Of a DNA stretch of 64,000 bases, positions 8,912-17,852 are shown one piece after another. The stretch lies in contig JANMLS010000039.1 of assembly GCA_031372675.1 (NCBI GenBank), forward strand, positions 7,587-71,586, written 5' to 3'. The translations under genes and the position numbers were made by a program. This DNA is from Verrucomicrobiaceae bacterium. Lineage in GTDB: Bacteria; Verrucomicrobiota; Verrucomicrobiia; Chthoniobacterales; Chthoniobacteraceae. Below the pieces are notes generated by a model. The model was not told the origin of the DNA. It made no database searches and saw only the letters and a program-made list of their open reading frames with translations. How positions within the stretch are numbered: position 1 is the stretch's first letter; the number at the start of each line of letters is the position of its first letter.

Positions 8912-10035
8912 TGGATAGTCGCGGTCAGCTCCTAATGACGGGCGTGCCCGGTCTGGTGCTGGATGCGCAGACTGCGGCAGCTTTTCGGCGGATTCAGCCG
9001 GGTGCTTTCATCCTTTTTGGGCGCAACATCCAGACGCCTTCGCAGCTTCGCAAATTGTGCGACGACTTGCGCGATGTCTCGGATACTCCGCCGATTATCA
9101 CCATCGATCAAGAAGGCGGGCGCGTCTCGCGGTTGAAGCTCATCGGCAATGAACCGCCCAACGCAAACCAGCTCCGCGACAAGGACGATGCGACGCTCAT
9201 CACAGCTCACGGGCGCATTACTGGCGGGCTTTTGCGGATGTTTGGCTTCAATCTCGACCTCTGCCCGGTGCTCGATATTTCGTTCGACGACGAGGCGGAT
9301 AATTCGCTGCGCGGACGCTGCTACGGCAACGACGCCGCGCATGTGATTCGCAATGCCGCGCTTTTCAACGACGCCCTCCGCACAGCGGGCGTGCTGTCGT
9401 GCGGGAAGCATTTCCCCGGCTATTCGCGCTGCCCGGCGGACGCGCATCACGAGTTGCCGACGGTTCCATTTTCACGCGCAGAACTCGATGCAAACGAGCT
9501 GGCGGTCTTCCGGCATTTTGCGTCGCCGTCGAGCGCGAGTCCGGTGGATTCGATGATGATCGGCCACGCATTTTATCCAGCGCTGGATGATTCCGGCGTG
9601 CCGACTTCGCTCTCTCGCCGCGTCATCACGGACATCCTGCGCGGCGAGCTGGGATTTCGCGGATTGGTGATGACCGACGACCTCGACATGGGCGCAATCC
9701 TTAATCCATACGGCACCGGCGATAGCGGGATGGAGCAAGTCATCCACCGCGCAATCACCGCAGGAAATGATCTGGCGATGATCTGTCACCGCGTAGAAAT
9801 GGTGGAAAAAGCGCACGGCTATCTCGCCGGAGTCGCGCAGGCGGAACTCGACCGCGCACTTGCAAACATGGCGGATTTCAAAGCGAAGCTCTCGCCGCAA
9901 GAGCCGTGGGATGAGTCCGAATTTATCCGCCGCGATGCGGAAGTGCTGGAGCTGCGAATCGCGACACTCGGCCAGGAGCGAGGCTCTCAGCGCAGCGCCG
10001 AAGACGGCAAACGCTCGCCAGTCGAGGTGTATTGA
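8908..10035 (+). CDS. nagZ: beta-N-acetylhexosaminidase, GH3 NagZ type
   Basis: IDQEGGRVSRL, KHFPGYS...ADAHHE (Asp-His dyad region) and the nucleophile motif VMTDDLDMGA. ATGA overlap with the ThuA-like stop. Confidence 0.85.
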   Translation: MMDSRGQLLMTGVPGLVLDAQTAAAFRRIQPGAFILFGRNIQTPSQLRKLCDDLRDVSDTPPIITIDQEGGRVSRLKLIGNEPPNANQLRDKDDATLITAHGRITGGLLRMFGFNLDLCPVLDISFDDEADNSLRGRCYGNDAAHVIRNAALFNDALRTAGVLSCGKHFPGYSRCPADAHHELPTVPFSRAELDANELAVFRHFASPSSASPVDSMMIGHAFYPALDDSGVPTSLSRRVITDILRGELGFRGLVMTDDLDMGAILNPYGTGDSGMEQVIHRAITAGNDLAMICHRVEMVEKAHGYLAGVAQAELDRALANMADFKAKLSPQEPWDESEFIRRDAEVLELRIATLGQERGSQRSAEDGKRSPVEVY

Positions 10036-10042
10036 AAACCTT

Positions 10043-10191
10043 GTAGTGCGGTGGCAAGCGACAGCGCGACACCGCCTTCGCAAGCAGGGATGATCTTTGG
10101 ACTCACAAGCGATGGCTGCTGCCCACATGCAGTCTTTCTACCACGCGCTGCTTACAAGGCGGTGTCGCCGTTACACTCTGCCACCGCTCTA
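10043..10191. repeat. long inverted-repeat element between convergent genes
   Basis: Arms GTAGTGCGGTGGCA...GCGACACCGCCTT and AAGGCGGTGTCGC...TGCCACCGCTCTA (about 36 nt, imperfect), separated by about 77 nt. It fills the nagZ / surface-protein convergent spacer. Confidence 0.6.
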
Positions 10192-12510
10192 TCGCTGCGT
10201 CCGGTTTAGTTCCAAGCCGCCGTTTCCGAGATCGATTCCGCCATTTTCGTCGGGGTCGGGTTGCTGTGGTGTCGGTGCGGGCGCGGTGATGGTGCCGGGG
10301 GCGATGTCCACGGTTCCAGTCTGTGTGCGGCCTGTGAAAACGCCTGTTGCTTTGCTGGTTTGCGAAAGGATGACGCCTTGGAAGGTGCGCTTATCTCCAT
10401 CGAACGGATGCTCGAAAGTGCCGATAAACAGACCTTTCACGGGGTCAAGCGAGAGTTTTGAGATCACGCCGCGCTCAAGTTGTGCGCGGTTATTTTTGTC
10501 TATGGAGAAATTGCGCACGATGCTTCCGGTGAGGTCGCCGCCTTGGAGCGTGATGTTTGCCTTGCTGTCGGCTGCGTTGAGGACGCGCTCGTTTTTTTCC
10601 GGTGCTACATACGCGCCGCCCGACGCATTCACGGTGGTGAAAAAACCATCGTTGAACCGGTTACCACCGTCTCCCGGTTGGCGAAACCATTTCAAATTTC
10701 CAGTGGCTGTGAGCGTGTCCGTCCCGGTGAGTGCGATGGTGCCGCTCACACGCGCATCTTTTGGCGAGAGCCAAAGCGGGACGACGCTTGCGGTATCTGT
10801 GCCGGAGAGCGAGGAGGCGTAGGAAAATTTACTGCCATCGCCGAGAAGTCCCTGCACGCGCACGCCGCCCCATTCTTTCACCGTCATGCGGATAAAGCCC
10901 GCGCCTTCCGGCAGGCCGCTGTTGGTTTCGCCCTCGGTGTTGCGGGCGCCGGGCGCTGGAATGGAGAGTGTGTAAAGCCCGGCCAGCGCTTGCTTGCGTG
11001 CGCCCGTGAGAGCGTTCACGGGCGTGTCGCTGGAGTAGCTTTTCCCGTCGCGCTCAAACTCTGCGGTGATCGAATTAGTTGCGCCCGATTGTTTGATTTC
11101 AAATTTCACCGATGTGCCGTTTGGCAGGACGGCGGAAAATTTCCCCTCGGAATCGAGCTGTCCCATTACCACGGAATCGGTGCCGCCGATGCTCACCCGT
11201 GCGGTAAATTTCCCGTTTGCTGCTCCCACGATTTTGTAGGCACCCGCTGCGTTGTCATCCTCGTCGGTGATGATTGCGGTATTCACTCCCTGGATGACGA
11301 CGGCGGGCGAACTGATGGTGACGCGCCCTGTCGCGACGCCAGCGGGCGATTGGTCGTCGGCAATGGTGTAGGTAAATTCATCGCGCCCTTTGAATGCGCT
11401 GCCGGGCGTGTAAATCACTTTGTCATCCGAAACGGCGATGGTCCCGCGCTGCGGCTTGGAGACGGTTTCCAAAGTGACCGGATCGCCGTCCGGGTCGGAA
11501 TCATTGGCCAGCACTGCGACAGTCACGGGATTTCTGGCATCGGTCTGCACGGAATCGGCCTTCGCGACCGGGCTTCGGTTTGCGAGGGTTTTGAAAGTCG
11601 CATTCGCGGTGGTCGCGTTGCCGCCGCTGTGTTCCGCGCGCACTTGGTAATTATAAGTCGTGTTGCGGCTCAATCCGGTCACGTCGAAAGTCTGCGAAAG
11701 GTTCACCGCGTTTTCTGCAACGCCGTTGATTACGAGCGTTGATCCGTAAGCCGTGGTGGTGCCGTAGCTCAGCGTTAATTTCACCGCTTCGCCGTGTGCG
11801 GTCACTTTGGCTACGACCTTTGCGGAGCTTACTCCGGGAGTCGCGGAAGCAGTGACTTGCGGCGCTTGCGGGACGGTGAATTGCAGCAGCGAGCTTTCCG
11901 TTGTGCCGACGCTGTTGGTGGCGATGACTTTGTAAAAATACGTCGTTTTAGAAAGTCCGGTGAGCGTGATGTCCACGGCGCTGGAACCATCTGCCAGCAC
12001 AATCGTGGTGGATGCCGCCGAAGTGCCGAGCGCGTTCGTCGTGCCGAAATCTACGCGAACCATGGTAGTCGCGCCTTTTGCTGTGATGGTGGATGTGATC
12101 GTCGCTTGCGTGGAATCCAGCACATTTACCGACGGCGCACCGACTCCCGGCGCTTCTGCGGGAATCGTAAATGTGAGGTCTCCCGAACTCGTGTCGGGTG
12201 ACTCGCCGTTACTCGCCGTCACTTTGTAATGATAAGTTGTCGCATATTTCAGCGCGGAAAGCGCGATGGTGAACGGCGAGTTGCTCGCTGCTGCCGAGAA
12301 TGAATCCGTGGCTCGCACGGTGGAGCCGTAGTCCGTCGTCTCGCCAAAATCCACGCGGACGGTCGTCGCCGCGCCGTTTGAAGAAACAGTGCCGGAGATA
12401 GTCGCCGTCGCGCCGGAGGGCGATGCAGCCACGCCGCCGAGTGTAGGCGGCGCGGCACGGAGAAGCGTCGCTTGTAGAAAAATCGCGGCGGCAAAAAGGA
12501 ATGCTTTCAT
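10189..12510 (-). CDS. secreted surface protein: 3 tandem FN3/PKD-like modules, a cadherin-like domain and a C-terminal beta-rich region
   Basis: Start at MKAFLFAAAIFLQATLLRA (signal peptide). Three modules of about 95 aa share the pattern V.F.YG.T..YGS...L..L...T.Y.Y.V.A.N. Also contains VAVLANDSDPDGDPVTLETV...FTYTIADD (cadherin/VCBS-like). Confidence 0.7.
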   Translation of the reverse strand: MKAFLFAAAIFLQATLLRAAPPTLGGVAASPSGATATISGTVSSNGAATTVRVDFGETTDYGSTVRATDSFSAAASNSPFTIALSALKYATTYHYKVTASNGESPDTSSGDLTFTIPAEAPGVGAPSVNVLDSTQATITSTITAKGATTMVRVDFGTTNALGTSAASTTIVLADGSSAVDITLTGLSKTTYFYKVIATNSVGTTESSLLQFTVPQAPQVTASATPGVSSAKVVAKVTAHGEAVKLTLSYGTTTAYGSTLVINGVAENAVNLSQTFDVTGLSRNTTYNYQVRAEHSGGNATTANATFKTLANRSPVAKADSVQTDARNPVTVAVLANDSDPDGDPVTLETVSKPQRGTIAVSDDKVIYTPGSAFKGRDEFTYTIADDQSPAGVATGRVTISSPAVVIQGVNTAIITDEDDNAAGAYKIVGAANGKFTARVSIGGTDSVVMGQLDSEGKFSAVLPNGTSVKFEIKQSGATNSITAEFERDGKSYSSDTPVNALTGARKQALAGLYTLSIPAPGARNTEGETNSGLPEGAGFIRMTVKEWGGVRVQGLLGDGSKFSYASSLSGTDTASVVPLWLSPKDARVSGTIALTGTDTLTATGNLKWFRQPGDGGNRFNDGFFTTVNASGGAYVAPEKNERVLNAADSKANITLQGGDLTGSIVRNFSIDKNNRAQLERGVISKLSLDPVKGLFIGTFEHPFDGDKRTFQGVILSQTSKATGVFTGRTQTGTVDIAPGTITAPAPTPQQPDPDENGGIDLGNGGLELNRTQR

Positions 12511-12666
12511 GGAAAAATGACGGGCTGGCAGGCACATGCTCCGCGCTGGAGCGGCAAGTTCAACCATTTGTTCAGCAAAGGTTGCGATAAATTATGAAAA
12601 TAGATCGTGAACATTTGGGCGGGTTCATTTGTCCTACTGCGCCACATCGGACTAGAAAAAATACTC

Positions 12667-13683
12667 ATGCAAACAAACACAGCCCCCTCACCAGCAGCAC
12701 AGGAAGCGGACGTAGTAGCCATAGACAAACTGCGCGACATCTACGGCAAACTCCGCTCGGAAATCGGCAAGGTCATCATCGGCCAAAACCACGTCGTCGA
12801 AAAACTGCTCACCTGCATCTTTGCACGCGGCCACGCCCTGCTGATGGGCGTTCCCGGCCTCGCGAAGACGCTGCTCATCCAATCGCTCGCCGATGTGATG
12901 CAGCTCAATTTTAGCCGCATCCAGTTCACGCCCGACCTCATGCCGAGCGACATCACCGGCACGGAAATCCTTCAGGATGGCGAAGGTGGAAGACGCTCGT
13001 TTGAATTCATTAAAGGTCCGATTTTCGCCAACATCGTCCTAGCCGACGAAATCAACCGCACCCCGCTGAAAACGCAGGCCGCACTTTTGCAGGCCATGCA
13101 GGAACAGGTCGTCAACGCAGGCAAACACCGCTTCGTTTTGGAAAAACCCTTCTTCGTTCTCGCGACGCAAAACCCAATCGAGCAGGAAGGCACCTACCCA
13201 CTGCCCGAAGCGCAGCTCGACCGCTTCATGTTCCTCATCAACGTCGGCTACCCATCCGCCGCCGAGGAACTGCAAATCGCGAAAGCCACCACCGGCTCCG
13301 GCACGCCATCGCTGGAGAAAATCATGACCGGCGCAGACATCCTCCTTTTCCAAGACATCGTGCGCCGCGTCCCCGTGCCCGACCACGTCTATGAATACGT
13401 GGTGAAGCTCGTCCGCAAATGCCGTCCGAAAGAAGTCGAAGCGCCGGAATGGGTGAAAAAATGGGTCATGTGGGGACCCGGCCCACGCGCAGTGCAGTAT
13501 CTAGTGCTCGGAGCCAAAGCCCGCGCAGTCCTGCAAGGCAGCTACCTCGCCCGCCTAGAAGACGTGCAAGCCGTCGCCGAACCCGTGCTCGCGCATCGTA
13601 TTTTGGTGAATTTCCACGCTGAAAGCGAAGGGATTGATTCCGCAGAGATTATCCGGCGCGTGATGAAGGAAACAGAGGGTTAA
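12667..13683 (+). CDS. MoxR-family AAA+ ATPase
   Basis: Start at MQTNTAPS. Walker A GVPGLAKT, Walker B VLADEINR, ATQNPIEQEGTYPLPEAQLDRF (AAA_3 signature). Confidence 0.9.
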   Translation: MQTNTAPSPAAQEADVVAIDKLRDIYGKLRSEIGKVIIGQNHVVEKLLTCIFARGHALLMGVPGLAKTLLIQSLADVMQLNFSRIQFTPDLMPSDITGTEILQDGEGGRRSFEFIKGPIFANIVLADEINRTPLKTQAALLQAMQEQVVNAGKHRFVLEKPFFVLATQNPIEQEGTYPLPEAQLDRFMFLINVGYPSAAEELQIAKATTGSGTPSLEKIMTGADILLFQDIVRRVPVPDHVYEYVVKLVRKCRPKEVEAPEWVKKWVMWGPGPRAVQYLVLGAKARAVLQGSYLARLEDVQAVAEPVLAHRILVNFHAESEGIDSAEIIRRVMKETEG

Positions 13684-13722
13684 TTTGGGTAGCGGACCGT
13701 TCGCAATCATTACGAAGACCGC

Positions 13723-14619
13723 ATGGACTTCCTAGACCAAGCCATCATCGCCCGCCTTTCGCGGCTGCAACTTGCAGTTCGTACTCCCATGCTTGGCTCG
13801 GTCACTGGGTTGCATCGTTCGGCGACTCGCGGCGCGAGCGTGGAGTTTGCCGAGTATCGCAAATATGCGCCGGGCGATGATTTGAAGTTCCTCGATTGGC
13901 GCGTTTTTGCGCGGACGGACAAATACTTCATCCGCGAATTCGAGGCAGATACGAATCTGCGCTGCTACCTCGTTGTGGACACGTCGGCTTCGATGAAGTT
14001 TCAGTCTGCGGACAACATGACGCGCTTCGACTACGCCCGCAGACTCGCCGGTACGCTGGCGCATTTGCTCGTTCACCAAGGCGACGCGGTGGGGTTGACG
14101 GCGTTTTCGGAAAAAGCCGTGGACCTTGCGCCGCGCAACACGTCTTCGCATCTCCGCCAGCTCTACAAGCTGCTCGAGGAAGCAAAGCCATCCGGCGAAG
14201 CGAACATCGTGCAGACGCTCCACGACTTCGCCGAGCGCGTTCGCAGCCGGGCACTCGTGGTAATTATCAGCGACTTCTTCGCCGAGCCGGGCGAGTTGCT
14301 CGACGCCTTTAAGCATCTCCGTTTTTACAAACACGACCTCGCCGTTTTTCACCTGCTCGACCGGCAGGAATACGATTTCGATTTCACCCGCCCCGTGCGT
14401 TTTGTGGACATGGAAAACGGGGCCGACCTCATCACCGACCCCGCCGTCATCCGCGAAGCCTACCGCGAAGCTGTGAACGACTACCTCGCCGCGATGAAGC
14501 ACGGCTGCACGCAATTCCAAGTGGACTACCACCTCACGTATCTCGACCAGTCATTCGAGGGCGTGCTCACGCAATTCATGCTGCAACGGATACGGCAGTC
14601 GAAGAAAGGGGGAAGATGA
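13723..14619 (+). CDS. DUF58 (vWA-like) protein, MoxR partner
   Basis: GLHRSATRGASVEFAEYRKYAPGDDLKFLDWRVFARTDKYFIREFE is the DUF58 signature. LVVDTSASM is an MIDAS-like motif. Confidence 0.85.
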   Translation: MDFLDQAIIARLSRLQLAVRTPMLGSVTGLHRSATRGASVEFAEYRKYAPGDDLKFLDWRVFARTDKYFIREFEADTNLRCYLVVDTSASMKFQSADNMTRFDYARRLAGTLAHLLVHQGDAVGLTAFSEKAVDLAPRNTSSHLRQLYKLLEEAKPSGEANIVQTLHDFAERVRSRALVVIISDFFAEPGELLDAFKHLRFYKHDLAVFHLLDRQEYDFDFTRPVRFVDMENGADLITDPAVIREAYREAVNDYLAAMKHGCTQFQVDYHLTYLDQSFEGVLTQFMLQRIRQSKKGGR

Positions 14620-14620
14620 T

Positions 14621-14782
14621 GCGCAAAGCGCCGTGGAGTGCTGGAACTTGTTCCAGCCGTAACTCAAGCGACTTGTCGCGCAGAGCCTCATGCACACGGG
14701 AGTCGTTGCCACGGCTCTTCTGCGTGACAAGTCCCGCAGCCCACGGCTGGAATAAGTTTCAGCACTCCACGGCGCTTCGCGC
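14621..14782. repeat. 162-bp MITE-like palindromic element, copy 1
   Basis: Termini GCGCAAAGCGCCGTGGAGTGCTGGAACTTGTTCCAGCCGT / ACGGCTGGAATAAGTTTCAGCACTCCACGGCGCTTCGCGC. The core TCAAGCGACTTGTCGCGCAGAGCCTC...GTTGCCACGGCTCT..TGCGTGACAAGTCCCGCA is shared, at about 80% identity by eye, with 49379-49540. It fills the DUF58 / BatA-like spacer. Confidence 0.8.
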
Positions 14783-14794
14783 ATCCCAAACGCC

Positions 14795-16810
14795 ATGACC
14801 TACCTCCAACCATGGTCGCTCTGGCTACTCGCGCTTTGCCTCCTCCCGATCATCATCCACATGCTGAATCGGCTGCGGTACAAAACCGTGCAGTGGGCGG
14901 CGATGTACTTTTTGCTGAAGGCGAATAAAGCGGCGACGAAGCGTGCGAAGCTCAAGCAATACTTGCTGCTGCTGTTCCGTGCACTGGCGGTTTTGTTCCT
15001 CATTTGGGCGATGATGCGGCCACAGGTTGGTGGGTGGCTGGGCAAAAACTCGGGCGGTGCGCCGGAGGTGATCATCGTGATGCTGGATCGCTCGGCAAGT
15101 ATGGAGACGCGGGTCGGAGCGGATCGTCAGGACACGAAGCGCCAGCAGGCTATCGCGCTGCTTTCTGAGGCGGCCAAGGATAGCCAGGGGAGCCGGTTTG
15201 TGGTGATTGAAAATGTGCTGCGTCAGCCGCTCGAAGTCGCCGATTTGAAAACGCTGGCGACGATGCAAAACGGCGAGCCGACTGACTCTGCGGCGGATAT
15301 TCCCGCGATGTTCCGCGCGACGCTGGAGTATCTCGTGAAGAACAAACCGGGCAGCGCGGAAATCTGGCTGGCAAGTGATTTGCAAAAGAGCAACTGGCGC
15401 GATGAAAGCCCGGAATGGCAGGACATCACCGCCCGCATCAATGCGCTGCCGGAGACGCACATTCGCGTGATTGATCTGTCCTCCGCACCCGGCGCAAACC
15501 TCGCCATCGCGGTGAAGGCTGCGGAGTTTCGCCCGTCGAAGACTGCGCTGGAAAAAGGGGCGCTCGTGATTTCGCTGGAGACGCGGGCAGGCGCATCAAC
15601 AGGCACTTTCCCGCTGAAGGTCACGCGCGACGGAGCGACGAGCCAGAACGACCTCGTGCTCAATTCGCCGATCCGCCGCGAAGCCCTGAAATACGACATC
15701 GCCGCGCTGCCCGAAGGCGGCGGCTGGGGAAAATTCGAGCTGCCTGTGGATGAAAACGACCGCGATAATTCCGCGTATTTCACCTACCGCCAACCCGTCC
15801 CGCTGCGTGCTGCGGTGATCAGCGAACTGCCCGGAGCGAAGCGCATCGCATTTGCCACCGCGCCGGATAAATCGCGGCTGGACCGCACGGCGGACATCAT
15901 CCCGCCGGGGCGCACCGCTGATGTGAAGTGGAAGGAAGTCGCGATGATTGTGTGGCAAGGCGCGGCACCATCCGAAGCGGTCGCGAAGCAACTGCTCGCG
16001 TTTGTGGAAAGCGGCGGAGTGGTGTTCGCATTCCCCGTTGGTGGAGACAGCGGGAACGGGCCGCTCGGCATCACATGGTCGGCGGCAGAGAATGCGAAGG
16101 AGCCGTTCCGCATCGCAAACTGGGATGAACTCGACGGCCCGCTCGCCCGCACGGACAACGGCGCATCGCTTCCCGTCGGTCGCATCGAACTCACGCGGCG
16201 TCAAATTGGCCGCATCCCCGGCGACAAGGCGCATGTCTTCGGAGTTTTCGCCGATGGTCAGCCATTCCTTACCGGGCAACAAATTGGCGCGGGACATATT
16301 TTTGTGTGCTCCACCGCGCCGGATTCCGAGTGGGGTTCGTTTGGAGATGGATTCGTGCTTTTGCCGATGATGCAGCGTCTGCTCGTGCAGGGCGGAACCC
16401 GGCTTGCACCGCCTGCGCTCGCAGCAGCAGGAGATTGGAAGCCGCAGGATGGCGACATCTGGACATCCGTGGAGACCGACCGCCGCCGCGATCCGCGCTG
16501 GCATTCCGGCGTCTATAAACACGCCGGTCGCCTCATCGCGCTCAATCGCCCCGAAAACGAAGACGGCGCCGATTTTCTCGACGCAGCGACTGTGAAGAAA
16601 CTCCTCCCCGGAACAAAACTCGAAGTGATGAGCGGCGTGCTAACAATGAAAGCCGACCGCCTCCGCAGTGAAATCTGGCCGCTGATGATCGTGGCGACGA
16701 TGCTCTTCATGGTGCTCGAAATGATCCTCGCCACCAGCAAGGCGCTCATCCCGCAAAAGCCAAAGCCGAAAGTGCCAGCGGCTGCGAAACGCGAGGGCGT
16801 AGCAGTCTGA
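14795..16810 (+). CDS. BatA_N (aerotolerance-regulator N-terminal double-TM) domain protein with vWA-like domain and C-terminal TM
   Basis: N-terminus MTYLQPWSLWLLALCLLPIIIHMLNRLRYKTVQWAAMYFL is the BatA_N signature. VIIVMLDRSASME is vWA/MIDAS-like. C-terminal TM IWPLMIVATMLFMVLEMIL. Confidence 0.75.
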   Translation: MTYLQPWSLWLLALCLLPIIIHMLNRLRYKTVQWAAMYFLLKANKAATKRAKLKQYLLLLFRALAVLFLIWAMMRPQVGGWLGKNSGGAPEVIIVMLDRSASMETRVGADRQDTKRQQAIALLSEAAKDSQGSRFVVIENVLRQPLEVADLKTLATMQNGEPTDSAADIPAMFRATLEYLVKNKPGSAEIWLASDLQKSNWRDESPEWQDITARINALPETHIRVIDLSSAPGANLAIAVKAAEFRPSKTALEKGALVISLETRAGASTGTFPLKVTRDGATSQNDLVLNSPIRREALKYDIAALPEGGGWGKFELPVDENDRDNSAYFTYRQPVPLRAAVISELPGAKRIAFATAPDKSRLDRTADIIPPGRTADVKWKEVAMIVWQGAAPSEAVAKQLLAFVESGGVVFAFPVGGDSGNGPLGITWSAAENAKEPFRIANWDELDGPLARTDNGASLPVGRIELTRRQIGRIPGDKAHVFGVFADGQPFLTGQQIGAGHIFVCSTAPDSEWGSFGDGFVLLPMMQRLLVQGGTRLAPPALAAAGDWKPQDGDIWTSVETDRRRDPRWHSGVYKHAGRLIALNRPENEDGADFLDAATVKKLLPGTKLEVMSGVLTMKADRLRSEIWPLMIVATMLFMVLEMILATSKALIPQKPKPKVPAAAKREGVAV

Positions 16811-16860
16811 ACTCTCAAATTCAGTATTTAACGCCGCAAGACTTTCGATAACTTAGGAGC

Positions 16861-17079
16861 ATGACATCCGAATATCCAACTGACACCCGCCCCGCCCCTG
16901 CCGCCGCCATTGCGATGGCACGCGAGGCGTTAAAGAAACACGCTGGCTGCTTTTGGTTCCGGGCAAAGGACGCGCCGCTCGAAGACATAGGTGATGTCCA
17001 ACTGGTCGTACGCCGTCTGCGGCAGCATGGCGACCGTGCGGCTTGGAACGTAGCTTACCAAATCCAACAATGCCTCTAA
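16861..17079 (+). CDS. small hypothetical protein, candidate partner or antitoxin of the downstream nucleotidyltransferase
   Basis: 72-aa ORF whose stop overlaps the next start (ATGCCTCTAA). No recognisable family. The local sequence is AT-richer than its flanks. Confidence 0.4.
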   Translation: MTSEYPTDTRPAPAAAIAMAREALKKHAGCFWFRAKDAPLEDIGDVQLVVRRLRQHGDRAAWNVAYQIQQCL

Positions 17080-17849
17080 CACCATTTCAAAGTGAAGTAT
17101 TGCGCGTGATTGCCGCGAATCGCAGCGTGGAAAGCCACGTTGCAGGCGGCATCGCTTTGAACGCTGGTGAGGAGTCTCCCCGATTTAGCAACGACATAGA
17201 TATTTTCCACGATGCCGAGGATTTTGTTCTTTCGGCTAGTGAAGCCGACTGTGCCAGCCTCCTAGCGGCGGGCCTTGGGATTGAACAAAAATTATGGACT
17301 CTAACGTTTCGCAGAGCCTGGGTGACGCGAGGCGACGAATTAGTGAAGCTCGATTGGGCGCTTGATGCTGCTTGGCGGTTTTTTCCCGTCGAGCGCGATC
17401 CTATACTGGCTTGGAAACTTCACCTCTTCGACGCATTGACAAACAAGGCACTCGCAATGGGCGCACGAAGCGAAACGAGGGACTTGGTGGACATCATCAC
17501 GCACGGGGCGATACCGCTGCACGCGGTGATTTGGGCGGCATGTGCGAAAGACCCCGGTTTCACTCCGACACTGTTGCTTGAGCAAATGCGACGGAACGCG
17601 AGTGTCGATCCCAAGGCTTTGCTAGAGATGGGTGCGAAAATGCAACCGCCCGAATTGAAGCAACAGTGGCTCGCTCTAGCTCTGAAAGCGGAAGCAGCGA
17701 TGAGCGATGCCATCGCAGCGAATGTCGAACCCGGCGTCGTTTTCCTCGCGCCTGATGGCTCGGTGAAATGGTTCGACACGCCGGGAGTCACCACCCACCG
17801 CGCTACGCTCGGCGGTGTGATTCCCCGGCTGGGAGGCGTGTATTACTAG
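17070..17849 (+). CDS. AbiEii/AbiGii-like nucleotidyltransferase (type IV TA toxin family)
   Basis: Start at MPLTPFQSEVL. GGIALNAGEESPRFSNDIDIF matches the GG.AL-(x)-R.S.DID NTase motif of AbiEii. ARSETRDLVDI resembles the downstream conserved motif. Confidence 0.6.
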   Translation: MPLTPFQSEVLRVIAANRSVESHVAGGIALNAGEESPRFSNDIDIFHDAEDFVLSASEADCASLLAAGLGIEQKLWTLTFRRAWVTRGDELVKLDWALDAAWRFFPVERDPILAWKLHLFDALTNKALAMGARSETRDLVDIITHGAIPLHAVIWAACAKDPGFTPTLLLEQMRRNASVDPKALLEMGAKMQPPELKQQWLALALKAEAAMSDAIAANVEPGVVFLAPDGSVKWFDTPGVTTHRATLGGVIPRLGGVYY

Positions 17850-17852
17850 TTT

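Noticed and set aside
10480-11742. 420-aa plus-strand ORF
   Set aside because: Antisense to the FN3/cadherin-like surface protein gene, which has clear repeat-domain structure and a signal peptide. Shadow ORF.
14551-14798. Small ORFs of 60-100 aa on both strands at 14551..14796, 14616..14798, 49271..49579 and 49360..49572, with similar peptide strings (e.g. ...RDLSRR...)
   Set aside because: The similarity arises because both loci are copies of the same 162-bp palindromic element. The ORFs exist on both strands, as expected for a palindrome, and have no plausible start context.
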